NCBI GenBank assembly: GCA_963755025.1
Contig: CAVWIH010000035.1
Location: 1 to 30,400 of the forward strand
From: an uncultured Actinomycetes bacterium
GTDB lineage: Bacteria > Actinomycetota > Thermoleophilia > UBA2241
DNA length: 30,400 bases
Reading direction: 5' to 3'
Shown: piece after piece, positions 8,878 to 18,714 of the stretch
Position numbering within the stretch: position 1 is the stretch's first letter
Layout of the letters: each line of letters opens with the position of its first letter
Position numbers and translations under genes: made by a program
The notes under the pieces: model-generated
Seen by the model: the letters and a program-made list of their open reading frames with translations, nothing else
What the model was told of the DNA's origin: nothing
Database searches by the model: none

Positions 8878-10572
8878 CTACTTGTTGATCCAGTAGTGCT
8901 CGAAATCGAAGATCCACACCGGGTGCAGGTAGATGCCGCCGGTGCGCTTGGAGTGCAGCGTGGTGACCGTTTCCTGGTACAGCGGCAAGCCCGGCGCCTG
9001 ACTCATGATGTAGGCCTGCATCTGCTGGAACTTCACGAGGCGCGCGGCTGGGTCGGTCATGACCTGGGCGTTCACCAACGCGGTCTCGACCTTGGGGTCC
9101 CACCAGAAGCTCGGGTTGGTGCCCTCGTCGATCGCCGAGCTCTTGCTGAACAGGCTGATGACGTAGTCGAACGGGTCGGGGTAGTCCATCCACCAGTCGT
9201 TCAGCCCGATGCCGACGGCGCCCTTCTTGCCGATCAGCGTCCAGTACGACGGCTCGTCGAGCAGCTTGATGTTCGCCTTGACGCCGATCTGCGAGAGGTC
9301 GTACTGGATCGACTGGATCACCGTCGGCCAGGGCGCGACGTTGTGCGAGTACAGCGTCGTCGTGAAGCCGTTGGGGAAGCCCGCTGCGGCCAGCATCTGC
9401 TTGGCCTTGGCTGGGTTGTAGCCGTAGAAGTCGCCGGCCGCGCCGTCGACGTGGCCGGGCAGGCCGGCCGGGTAGATCTGGTTGAGCGGCAGACCGGTGC
9501 CCGACAGCAGCTTGACGATCTTGGCGCGGTCGATGGCCCACGACAGCGCCTGGCGCACGGCCACGTTGTCGAACGGCTTGACCGTGTCGTTGAAGAACAG
9601 GTAGTCGAGCGCGATGGCGGGTTCAGCCACCACCTGGCTCTTCCACGTCGGGTTGACGGTCAGGCTCGGGTAACTGGCAGGGGGGATGTAGTTGCCGAGC
9701 AGGTCGGCATCGCCGCTCTGCACCTTGAGCACGGCGGTCGTCGGCGTGATCGAGAACTGAAAGTCGATAGCGTCGAGGTAGCCCGCCGTGGTGCCCGTAT
9801 AGTTGGTGTTGCGCTTGAGCAGCAGGTCCTGGCTGGGCGTCCAGTGGTCGGCGACGTAGGGGCCGGTGCCCAGCGGGTGCCGCCCCACCTGCTTGCCCCA
9901 CTTGGCGACCCACTCCTTGGCCACCGGCGCGCTGAAGGGCATCTCCATGATGTTCAGGAAGGTGGCGATCGGCTTTTGCAGGTCGACCTCGAGCGTGTAC
10001 GTGCCGGTCGCCTTGTAGCCGGCGATCGTCTTGGCCTTGCCGTTCAGGAAGGCCTGCAGGCCGACGATGCCGGTGTAGTAGCCCTTGGCCGGCGCCGTGG
10101 GCAGGCTCATCATGCGCTGGAAGCTGTAGACGAAGTCGGCGGCGGTGACCTCGCGGTTCACGGGAGGGGCGAACTTGATGCCCGGCCTGATGTGGAAGAT
10201 GTAGGTCTTGCCGCCGTTGGTGATGCCGCCGTTGGCCACGGTCGGCACCACGGTAGCCATGTCGGGGACGATCGTCGTGCCGGCGGCGCCGGCGCCCGTG
10301 CTGTAGTTCAGCAGGTTGCCGAAGATGGCATGCTCGATGGCCCAGCCGTTGCCCTCGAAGTCGATCGCCGGGTCGAGCGTCTGGGGCTCGTTCTGGAAGG
10401 CGACGACCAAGGTGCCGCCGCGCTGCGGCGTGGTGGTCTGGGCGCCGCTCGTGGCGCCGGCGCCCGACGAGCTGCCGCACGCGGCCAGCAGCAGCGCGCA
10501 GGCGGCCACGGCGAGCACGCCGCATGCCGCGTAGCGCGCGCGCCCACGCCACGGCCTGAAGATCTCGGTCAT
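8878..10572 (-). CDS. ABC transporter substrate-binding lipoprotein, family 5 (DppA/OppA-like)
   Basis: Lipobox LLLAAC, RGGTL, EPQTLDPA, VTAADFVYSFQR, PLGTGPY, PFDNVAVRQALSWAIDR, YNPAKAKQMLAAAG; RBS AAAGGAG. Confidence 0.92.
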   Translation of the reverse strand: MTEIFRPWRGRARYAACGVLAVAACALLLAACGSSSGAGATSGAQTTTPQRGGTLVVAFQNEPQTLDPAIDFEGNGWAIEHAIFGNLLNYSTGAGAAGTTIVPDMATVVPTVANGGITNGGKTYIFHIRPGIKFAPPVNREVTAADFVYSFQRMMSLPTAPAKGYYTGIVGLQAFLNGKAKTIAGYKATGTYTLEVDLQKPIATFLNIMEMPFSAPVAKEWVAKWGKQVGRHPLGTGPYVADHWTPSQDLLLKRNTNYTGTTAGYLDAIDFQFSITPTTAVLKVQSGDADLLGNYIPPASYPSLTVNPTWKSQVVAEPAIALDYLFFNDTVKPFDNVAVRQALSWAIDRAKIVKLLSGTGLPLNQIYPAGLPGHVDGAAGDFYGYNPAKAKQMLAAAGFPNGFTTTLYSHNVAPWPTVIQSIQYDLSQIGVKANIKLLDEPSYWTLIGKKGAVGIGLNDWWMDYPDPFDYVISLFSKSSAIDEGTNPSFWWDPKVETALVNAQVMTDPAARLVKFQQMQAYIMSQAPGLPLYQETVTTLHSKRTGGIYLHPVWIFDFEHYWINK

Positions 10573-10612
10573 GAAGGCTCCTTTCGTACCCCTCCCGGCC
10601 CCTCATGACCGG

Positions 10613-10630
10613 TATGCTAACGTTAGCATA
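10613..10630. promoter_or_regulatory. Perfect 18-bp palindrome TATGCTAACGTTAGCATA between divergent genes (operator and/or twin -10 boxes)
   Basis: Exact self-reverse-complement and AT-rich in a GC-rich background. The central AACGTT resembles LacI-family operators, and each arm contains TATGCT (TANNNT). Confidence 0.75.
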
Positions 10631-10664
10631 GGGGCGAAGGTACGACTGCCACAGGAGTTGCCGC

Positions 10665-11832
10665 GTGCGACCGTCCGACGAAGACCTGATCAGACTGCTC
10701 TGCGACCTTGTCGCGATCGACTCGACCAACCCCGGCCTCGTGCCCGGAGCGGCGGGCGAGGAAGCGCTCGTGCGCTTCCTCGCCCGCCGCCTCAGCGCCG
10801 CCGGGCTCGTCGTCGACGTCTGGGAGCCGCGGCCCGGGCGGCCGAACTTCGTGGCCACGCTGCCCGGCCACGACGGGCGCGACGCGCCCACCCTCATGCT
10901 GGTGGGCCACCTCGACGTGGTCGGCGGCGCTCCCGAGATGTTCACCCCGCAGCTGCGCGACGGACGTCTCTACGGGCGCGGCAGCAACGACATGAAGGCC
11001 GGACTCGCCGCCGCCGTGACCGTCGCCGAGCGCCTCGCCGCCGAGGCCCGCGCGGCCGGCGGCAGGTCGCCGCTGCGCGGCGACCTGCTCGTGGCCGGCT
11101 GCGCCGACGAGGAGTGGGAGAGCTTCGGGGCCGAAGATATGGTGACCGCGCTACCACCCCGCCGCGGCCATCCTGCCCGAGCGCACCGACTTGGACGTCA
11201 CGGTCGAGCACGGCGGCTTCACCTGGTTCGAGCTCGAGAGCCGCGGCGTCGAAGCGGCCGGCGCCGAGCCCGAGAAGGGCGTCGACGCCATCGCCTTGCT
11301 GGGGCCCGCGCTGGCCGGCATCGCCGCGCTCGACCGCGAGCTCGACGCGCGGCCGCACGCCTCGTACGGGCGCGGCTCCATCCACGCCGCGACCATCGCC
11401 GGCGGCACGCAGCTGCCCGCCTACCCCGCCCTCTGCCGCCTGGGCGTCGAGCGCTGCCTCATCGCCGGCGAGACGGTGGCGCAATCGTGCGCCGAGATCG
11501 ACGCGCTGCTCGCCGCCGCCCACGGCGCCGACCCGCGCTTTGCCGCCAGCAGCCGCCTGGTCGTGGGCCGCGAGCCCGTCGCCCTGCACCGCGACGACCC
11601 CGTGGTGCTGGCGCTCGCCGGCGCGGCCGCGGACGAGCTCGGTCACCCGCCGCTCGTGCGCGGCGACATCGGCTGGGCCGACTCGGGCATCTTCGCCGAA
11701 GCCGGCATACCGTGCGCCCAGTTCGGTCCCATCGGCGACGGCGAGCATACCGCCGCCGAGTGGGTCGACGTGGCCTCGGTCGCGCTCGTGGCGCGCGTGC
11801 TCGAAGCCGCCGCCCGCCGCTACTGCGCGTAG
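10665..11832 (+). CDS. M20 family ArgE/DapE-like deacylase/peptidase (1-nt insertion near 11148)
   Basis: LVAIDSTNP, GHLDVV, GRLYGRGSNDMKAG, ADEE in the first frame; then AAAILPERTD, SIHAATIAGG, GWADSG, FGPIGDGEHT..EWV in the next frame. AGGAG before GTG 10665. Confidence 0.87.
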
Positions 11833-11890
11833 GCCCCCGCCGGGCCGCAGCTCGGCGTACTACGGTAATCGGTTCAAGCCGCCCCTCTGC

Positions 11891-11902
11891 GTGGGGTATC
11901 GT
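11891..11902 (+). promoter_or_regulatory. Putative -10 of a leaderless transcript (HAD gene)
   Basis: GTGGGG-TATCGT-N6-ATG with no SD sequence. Confidence 0.5.
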
Positions 11903-11908
11903 TGGCCC

Positions 11909-12631
11909 ATGATCCGCGCCGTCACACTCGATTTCTGGAACACCCTCATGGACGACTTTCACCTGCCCGGCCGCGAGACGCTGCGCGCCGTCAGGCTGGC
12001 CGAGCTCGTGGCGCCCTACGGCTACCGTCTCGACCCGGCGCAGATCGCCGCCGGCTTCGACGACGTCTGGCGCCACTTCGACAAGATCTGGTACAAGAAG
12101 AAGCGGACGCCCACGACCGCCGAGTCGGCCGGCGTGCTGCTGCACGCCCTGCACGTCAAGCTGCCCGGCGAGGCCGTTGCGCGCGTGACCGCCATGCTCG
12201 AAGAGGTCGTTCTCGAGAGCCCGCCGCAGACGGTCGCCGGAGTGCCCGAGACGCTGCCGTTGCTGGCCGAGCGCTACGCCCTGGCGGTGGTCTGCGACGC
12301 GGCTCTCACTCCTGGGCGGGTCCTGCGCCAGGTGCTGGGCCTGCACGGACTCGAGCGCTACTTCTCGGCGTTCTTCTTTTCCGACGAGCACGGCTTCTCA
12401 AAGCCCGATCGCCGCGCCTTTCTCACGCCCCTCGCCGAGCTCGGGATCGCGCCCCACGAGGCGGTCCACGTGGGCGACATCCAGCGCACCGACATCGACG
12501 GCGCCCAAGAAGCCGGGCTGCGCGCGGTGCACTTCGTAGGGGTCAACTCGTCCGACCTGCAGGTCTCCACGGGCGACGCGGTCGCCTTTCGGTTCGGCGA
12601 CCTTCCGGCCCTGATCGCCGGCCTGCGCTGA
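11909..12631 (+). CDS. HAD-superfamily hydrolase
   Basis: MIRAVTLDFWNTL (motif I variant), FSDEHGFSKPD, HVGDIQRTDIDGAQEAG. It is the C-terminal part of the 10571..12631 track ORF. Confidence 0.87.
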   Translation: MIRAVTLDFWNTLMDDFHLPGRETLRAVRLAELVAPYGYRLDPAQIAAGFDDVWRHFDKIWYKKKRTPTTAESAGVLLHALHVKLPGEAVARVTAMLEEVVLESPPQTVAGVPETLPLLAERYALAVVCDAALTPGRVLRQVLGLHGLERYFSAFFFSDEHGFSKPDRRAFLTPLAELGIAPHEAVHVGDIQRTDIDGAQEAGLRAVHFVGVNSSDLQVSTGDAVAFRFGDLPALIAGLR

Positions 12632-12656
12632 CCGGCGCCGCCGTGACGCCGCCGGC

Positions 12657-13439
12657 GTGACTCCGTCCGCCGTGAGCTCGCCGCCCGCCGCCGGGCGCCG
12701 CTTCTGGCCGACGCTGCTCCTGTTCGTCGTCGTCCCGGTCGCGGTGTTCGCGGCGGTCGCCGTCGTCGTGTTCGTGGGGGGCACGCCCTCCTGGGACATC
12801 TCGCTGCTGCAGCTCGCGGCGCGCCATCAGCAGGCCACGGCGCGCACGCTCGTCGACATCTACACCACGCTCGGCGCGCTGTGGCTGGTGCTCGTCCTGC
12901 TGGGCTGCGCGCTCGCGCTCCTGTTGCACGCCCGGCTCTACCGGCAAGCTGCTTTCGTCGCTACGGCGACGGTCCTCAGCATGTCGACCGCCGGCATCTT
13001 GAAGCTCGTCTTCGCCCGGGCGCGGCCCGAGGTGATACCCCAGCCGCTCGGCAGCTACTCGTTTCCGAGCGGCCACACGATGAGCGCGACGGGCCTGGCG
13101 GTGTCGCTCGTCGTGGTGCTGTGGCCCACACGCTGGCGCGTGCCCGCGCTCGTGGTAGGCGTGGTCTGGGCGGTGGGGGTCGGTGTGTCGCGGGTCTACC
13201 TCGGCTACCACTTTCCCTCAGACGTGGTGGCCGGCTGGGCGCTCTCGCTGGCGGTGGTGGGCGCCACGCTGCTGGGGTTCGGCGGGCGAGTGGGTATTCC
13301 GCGCAGTCCCGGCGCCGGGACCGGCTCTGAGGGCGACCCGCGCCATCCGGCCGGGGAGACGAGTGTCGCGGCGGAGCCGCCGCGGCCGGCCGGCGACGCA
13401 AGCGTCGCGGCCGATCCGCGCCCGCCGGATGGCGACTAG
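12657..13439 (+). CDS. PAP2-family membrane phosphatase
   Basis: K..FARARP, SFPSGH, SRVYLGYHFPSDVVAG; multiple TM helices; duplicated 13-aa C-terminal unit (PAGETSVAAEPPR / PAGDASVAADPRP). Confidence 0.9.
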   Translation: MTPSAVSSPPAAGRRFWPTLLLFVVVPVAVFAAVAVVVFVGGTPSWDISLLQLAARHQQATARTLVDIYTTLGALWLVLVLLGCALALLLHARLYRQAAFVATATVLSMSTAGILKLVFARARPEVIPQPLGSYSFPSGHTMSATGLAVSLVVVLWPTRWRVPALVVGVVWAVGVGVSRVYLGYHFPSDVVAGWALSLAVVGATLLGFGGRVGIPRSPGAGTGSEGDPRHPAGETSVAAEPPRPAGDASVAADPRPPDGD

Positions 13440-13493
13440 GCACGCAACGAAGTCACGCACGTCTGAGCGGCGACGACGCAGTCGATCGACGGC

Positions 13494-15030
13494 CTAGAGC
13501 AGCGCGGCCGCCGCGGCCAGCCTGCCGGCCGCCTCGTTGCGGCCGAGGGCCCAGAGCGACTCGAACAACCCCGGCGTGACGGCCTGGCCGCTCATGCCCA
13601 GGCGCAGCGCCGCGAAGACGGCCTTAGGCTTCACCCCGAGCAACTCGGGCAGGGCCCGCACGGCGGCCTCGATCTGCTCGATCTCGTAGCGCTCGAGTCC
13701 GGCGAGCGACACGGCGGCCTCGGCGAGGATGCGCTGCGCCTCGGGAATCGCGGCCAGGCGCTCGCGGGCCTCGCCGGAGATCGCCAGCGGCGTGAAGATC
13801 CAGCCGGCCATGCGCACGAAATCGGCGAGCACCTCCATCTTCTCCTGCACGAAGGGCGCCATGAGCGCGGTCAGTCGTTCCTGCTCGTCGCCGGGCGGCA
13901 TGGCCACGAGCTCACCCAGCTCGACCGCCTCGGAGAGCGCCGCGTCGCCCTGGTCCGCGAGCAGCCGCAGCGCCGGCGGCTGGCCGTAGAAACCGATGCG
14001 CTCGAGGTAGTTCTGCAGGCGAGCCGCCAGGTCGGCGGGCGCCAGGGAGCGGATGAAGCGGCCGTTCATCCAGCGCAGCTTCTCGGGGTCGAAGATGCTG
14101 GCGCTCGTGCCCAGCTTCTCGACTTCGACGCGCTCGACCAAGTCGGCGAGGGTCCAGGTGATCATCGACTCGTCGAACTCGGTCGACAGGAAACAGAGGT
14201 AGTTGCGCACGACCTCGACCAGAAAGCCCATGGCGGTGAGCTGCTCTAGGTTGGTGGCGCCGTGGCGCTTGGAGAGCTTCTTGCGGTCGGTGCCGAAGAG
14301 CAGCGGCATGTGCAGGAACTGCGGCAGCGGCGCGCCCAGCGCCTCGTAGATCAGGATCTGCTTGGGCGTGTTGGAGAGGTGGTCGTCGCCGCGGATGACG
14401 TGGCGTGATGGCCATCGTGACGTCGTCGACGACGACCGCCAGGTTGTAGATGATGGTGCCGTCGGAGCGCTGCACGATGAAGTCGCCGATGGTCTCGTTG
14501 GCCACCTCGACCGGGCCGCGCAGCAGGTCGTCGAAGACGGTCGCTCCGGGGCGCACCTTGAAGCGCAGCGTCCAGGGCTCGCCGGCGGCCTTGCGGCGGG
14601 CGACCTCGTCGGGGCTGAGGTCGCGGCAGGCGCCGCCGTAGACCCAGGCGCGCTTGTCGGCCTGGGCGGCGCGGCGCTCGGCTTCGAGCTCGTCGGGGGT
14701 GTGAAAACAGGTGTAGAGGTGGCCCGAGGCCACGAGCTTGTCGATGTGCTCGCGGTAGATCGCCTGGCGTTCGGTCTGGCGGTAGGGCGCGTGCGGGCCA
14801 GGCTTCTCGGGGCCCTCGTCCCAGTCGAGCTGCATCTCGCGCAGGGAGCGCAGGATCTGGGCGATGGCCTCGTCGGTCGAGCGCGACGGGTCGGTGTCTT
14901 CGATGCGCAGCACGAAGTCGCCGCCGCGCTTGCGCGCGAAGAGGTAGTTGTACAACGCGGTGCGCGCGCCGCCCAGGTGCAGGTAGCCGGTGGGAGACGG
15001 GGCGAAGCGGACGCGGACGGGTGCGGTCAT
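13494..15030 (-). CDS. gltX: Glutamate--tRNA ligase (1-nt insertion near 14403)
   Basis: VRVRFAPSPTGYLHLGGARTALYN, LRIEDTD, YNLAVVVDD. After removing one base it continues ITHVIRGDDHLSNTPKQ...KKLSKRHGA...FDPEKLRWMN. Confidence 0.95.
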
Positions 15031-15036
15031 GGGACG

Positions 15037-15048
15037 ATTGTACCCCAC
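15037..15048 (-). promoter_or_regulatory. Putative -10 of a leaderless gltX transcript
   Basis: GTGGGG-TACAAT-N6-ATG(15030) with no SD sequence. Confidence 0.6.
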
Positions 15049-15140
15049 GGGTACGGGCGGAGACCCCGGCGGCGCATCAGGACGCTACCGCTCGCCGCGT
15101 GCCTCTGAGCGCGACGGGCGTCCGGGCCCCCGGCGGAGCT

Positions 15141-17650
15141 TCAGGGCACGACGATCGCCGGCAACGCCCGCGTGGCGGCGGCGTTGTCGGCGTCGCCGGC
15201 GAAGCGTACGCGCAGCACCACGGTGCCTTTGCCCGCCGAGTAGGCCAGACTGAAGCTCGAAGCCGCCGTCGTATGCCCCCGGGCGACGGTCTGCCAGGCG
15301 CCGGCGCTACGCAGCTGCAGCACGAGCGGCACGCCGCCGCGCCGCGGCCGGAACGTGCCGGTCACGCGGATGACGCGCGCCGGCGAGGGCGCGCCGGCGC
15401 GCGCCGCGAGCAGGGCGCGCACGGCCACGGTGACGGTCGCGGGGGTCGCCTCCGGCGAGGCCGCGAACGGCTTCTGCGGTGACGGCAGCGTCGCCGCAAA
15501 CGTGGTGCTGAAGCGCGGCGCGACGGTCACCACGGCGCTGCCGCCGGCCGCCGTGGTGACGGCGTGCTGCGTCGCCGCGGCGCCCGCTTGCGGGCCGACG
15601 ACGACGCCCGGCAAGAAGCCGATGCCGTAGACGGGGGCGTCGGCGTCGGCGGCGTGCACGGTGAGCTTGACCTTGCCGCCAAAGGCGATCGTGGCGGCGT
15701 TGCTCGCCAGGCTGAGGACGACCGGCGTGGGATAGGTCCAGGCGACCACGGTGCTCGTGGCCGTGGTGCCGGTCGTCGCCTGCACGGCGATGACGTGGCG
15801 CGTGGTGGCCGGCGCCGCGGCGGGCGCGAGCGCGCCGGTGGCGAAGCTGAAGGTCTGGTTCGCGCCGCTGCCCGTCGGGTTCACGGAGGTCCAGGCGCCG
15901 CCGTCGACGCTGTACTGCAGGTCGTGCGGCACGAAGATGCTGATGCCCGTGGCGAAGGCGCGCCCCTTGGCGTTGTGGCCGGGCGCCCAGGGGTGCTCGG
16001 CCACAACGCCCGAGACCGTCGCCCCGCTGCCGTCGAGGGCCGGTTTGGCGAGGGTCACCGTCGGCGTCGTGTCGACGACGTCGGGCAGACCGTTGCGCGT
16101 GACGCGCCAGCCGATCTGGCCGGCGGTCGAGGGGCAGATGCCGCCGTCAGGCGTGTCTGTCCCGTAGGTCTCTCCTTTGTAGGCGGCCAGACCCTCGAGT
16201 CCGCCGCGCATGATGCAGACGTCGTGGCTCGTGCCGCCCTGAGTGGCGTTGCCGTTCTTCACCCACAGGTAGCCCGAGAACAGGCTACCCAGCTCGGGTA
16301 GCCTGCGGGGGCTGCGTACTCGTCGAGGGCGCCGAACTCGTGGCCGATCTCGTGGGCGAGCACGCCGTCGAAATTGGCCGGCGTGTAGGTGGCGTTGTCG
16401 TACGTGGTCACCGTGTACGGCCCGAACAGGGAGTACGTGTAGGCGAAGGCGCCGTCGGGGAACTCGCCGGGTGTCTTGTCCTTGAGCTTCGCGTCTTTCA
16501 GGCTGTCGACGACGTACAACGTGAAGGCCCAGTCGGTGCCGTCGGCCTTGCGCACGGCGTTGTCGTAGGCGCGCTCAGGGGGAGGGGAGTCGGCCGCGGC
16601 GACCACCCTCTTCAGCAGCTTCGCCATGATCGGGTGGCGCCACGCCTTGTCGTTGCTCGAGGCGATGGTGATGGGCTCGCGCGCGACCTTGACCTCCTGC
16701 GGAGCTCCGGCCTCGTCGGCCGCCGGAATGACGAAGGTGAGGTGGGCGGCGGTGGGCGCCTCTGCCTGCCACCAGAGCAGCGCCTTTGAGACCTCGGCGA
16801 CGATGTAGCCCTGGCGCGCCGTGAGGCTCGGGTAGGCAGGGTCGGGCTGGTCGTACTGCTTGTCGGGGTCGGGCTTCTCCCAGTTCTCACTGTGGTTGGG
16901 CGCCGCCGCCGTGCTCTGCGGGAAGATGATGCTGACCGCCACCGAGCCGGCGGCGTAGGCCATAGGCGCGGTCGCGGTCTGCACGGTCGCGAAGCTCCCG
17001 AGGATGGCCGGCGCGACCAGTCCCTGGGCCGGCTGGCCCGTCGGAGTCGCGCTGGCGGCAGCGCTCGCGAGCGCGGTCGTCGAGAGCTTGAGGTCGGCGG
17101 CGAGCGAGGGCAGGTCGGCCGGAATGTCGGCGGCGTGCCCGCCGGCCGCCGCGGCACCGGCGGTGACGGCGTCCAAAGCGGCCAGCGCGGCGCCGGCGCC
17201 CGATGCGCCGGCGGGCGCGGCGTCGTGTGCCCGCCACACGGTGTAACCCAGGGCGCGCAGCCGCACCGCCTCGGCGGCGGAGACGCGCGCCAGGGCGGCG
17301 CGCGGCAAGTAGACGATCGCGGGGGGCGCGCCTGCGTGCGTGAGAGCGGCGATGAGCGGGTCGGCGCCGGCGTAGCTGCGCGGCGCGACGACCACGGCGT
17401 CGGGCGCAGCGCTCGCCGACGCCGCGGCGTCGGTCGATACCGCGGTGGACGACGACGCGGCGCCAGCCGACGACACCGATGCGGCGCGCGCGGCGGGCGC
17501 CCACCGGGCGGTCGCGACCACGACGGCGACAAGAGCGACGGCGAGCAGCACGACGAGCAGAGCGGACGGCGCGCCCGCGCGCAGGCGGCGGCGCGGCGTC
17601 GGAGCGACCAGACGCGGCTTGCGCGCGAGCTGTGCGATGAGCGGGTCCAT
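15141..17650 (-). CDS. Large exported/membrane-anchored zinc metalloprotease-like protein (metzincin HExxHxxGxxD) with C-terminal beta-rich domains; 1-nt deletion near 16289
   Basis: Basic N-terminus followed by a hydrophobic helix; AHEIGHEFGALDEY. Adding one G gives PSWGSLFSGYLWVKNGN...DVCIMRGG (candidate Met-turn), joining ORFs 16259..17722 and 15141..16262 into about 836 aa. Confidence 0.72.
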
Positions 17651-17666
17651 GGTCGGGCTGACGCCC

Positions 17667-17695
17667 ATGCTAGGGTCGCCATCTGGCAAGGTCAA
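17667..17695 (-). promoter_or_regulatory. Sigma70-type promoter for the metalloprotease gene
   Basis: TTGACC(17695-17690)-N17-TAGCAT(17672-17667); supports ATG 17650 as the start. Confidence 0.65.
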
Positions 17696-17775
17696 ACGCG
17701 CCATATTTCGCGGGCCTCTCACTTTCTGGTACCGTACCGGCTCGGTCCGTTATAGAGAGAACGTCTGAGGGAGCA

Positions 17776-18714
17776 TTGTCCGAACAGGCCCTTCGCATCG
17801 TCGTCCTGGTCAAGCAGGTCCCTGACACCGCCAACGTGACCGGCGACGCCATGAAAGACGACGGCACCGTCAATCGCGCGGCGCTGCCGGCGATCTTCAA
17901 TCCCGAAGACCTCAACGCCCTCGAACTGGGTCTGCGCCTCAGGGAGCGCTGCGGCGGCCGCGTGACCGTGCTCACCATGGGGCCGCCCTCGGCCGCCCAG
18001 GTGCTGCGCGAGTCGCTGTTTCGCGGCGCCGACGAGGTCGTGCTGCTCTCCGACCGCGCCTTCGCCGGCGCCGACACGCTGGCTACCAGCTACGCGCTCG
18101 CGCGGGCGATCGAGCATCTGGGCGAGACCGACCTCCTGCTCTGCGGCCGCCAGGCCATCGACGGCGACACGGCCCAGGTCGGCCCGCAGATCGCCGAAAA
18201 GCTCGCCCTGCCGCAGATCACCGGCGTGAGTCGCGTCGATGCGATCGTGCCCCCGGGCTCACCGCCGGGCGACCCCGGCTCGATCACCGCGACCCGCACG
18301 ATCGAAGACGGCACCGAGACGCTGCAGGCCCCGTTGCCCGCCCTGCTCACCGTCACCGGCGAAGCAGGCGAGCCGCGCCCGCCCAGCGTGAAGCTCGTCA
18401 TGACCTACAAGAACGCGGTCGCCGAGGCCATGCCCGGCTACGACGACAGCTACCTCGACCCCGACGCCGACGAAGCCGAGGTCTGCATGATCGGCGGCGA
18501 CGGCCGGCCCGTGTGCCGCGCCAGGATCGTGCTCTGGGACGCCGCCGCAATCGAAGCCGAGCGCGAGATGGTCGGCCTGCGCGGCTCGCCGACGCGCGTC
18601 AAGAAGATCGAGAGCGTGGTGCTGGCCGCCGGCGAGGCGCGCCTGATCGAACCCTCCGACGAGGGCGTGCGCGCCCTCGTGCGCGAGCTGATCGAGGAGC
18701 ACATCCTTGGCTAG
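17776..18714 (+). CDS. etfB: Electron transfer flavoprotein beta subunit
   Basis: IVVLVKQVPDT, NPEDLNALE, TMGPPSA, DRAFAGADTLATSY, CGRQAIDGDTAQVGPQ, GSPTRV; TTG start with GAGGGAG RBS. Confidence 0.93.
   Translation: MSEQALRIVVLVKQVPDTANVTGDAMKDDGTVNRAALPAIFNPEDLNALELGLRLRERCGGRVTVLTMGPPSAAQVLRESLFRGADEVVLLSDRAFAGADTLATSYALARAIEHLGETDLLLCGRQAIDGDTAQVGPQIAEKLALPQITGVSRVDAIVPPGSPPGDPGSITATRTIEDGTETLQAPLPALLTVTGEAGEPRPPSVKLVMTYKNAVAEAMPGYDDSYLDPDADEAEVCMIGGDGRPVCRARIVLWDAAAIEAEREMVGLRGSPTRVKKIESVVLAAGEARLIEPSDEGVRALVRELIEEHILG

Noticed and set aside
10571-12631. 686-aa ORF suggesting a peptidase-HAD fusion
   Set aside because: The 5' part is off-frame over the M20 gene; the HAD gene has its own -10 and ATG at 11909.
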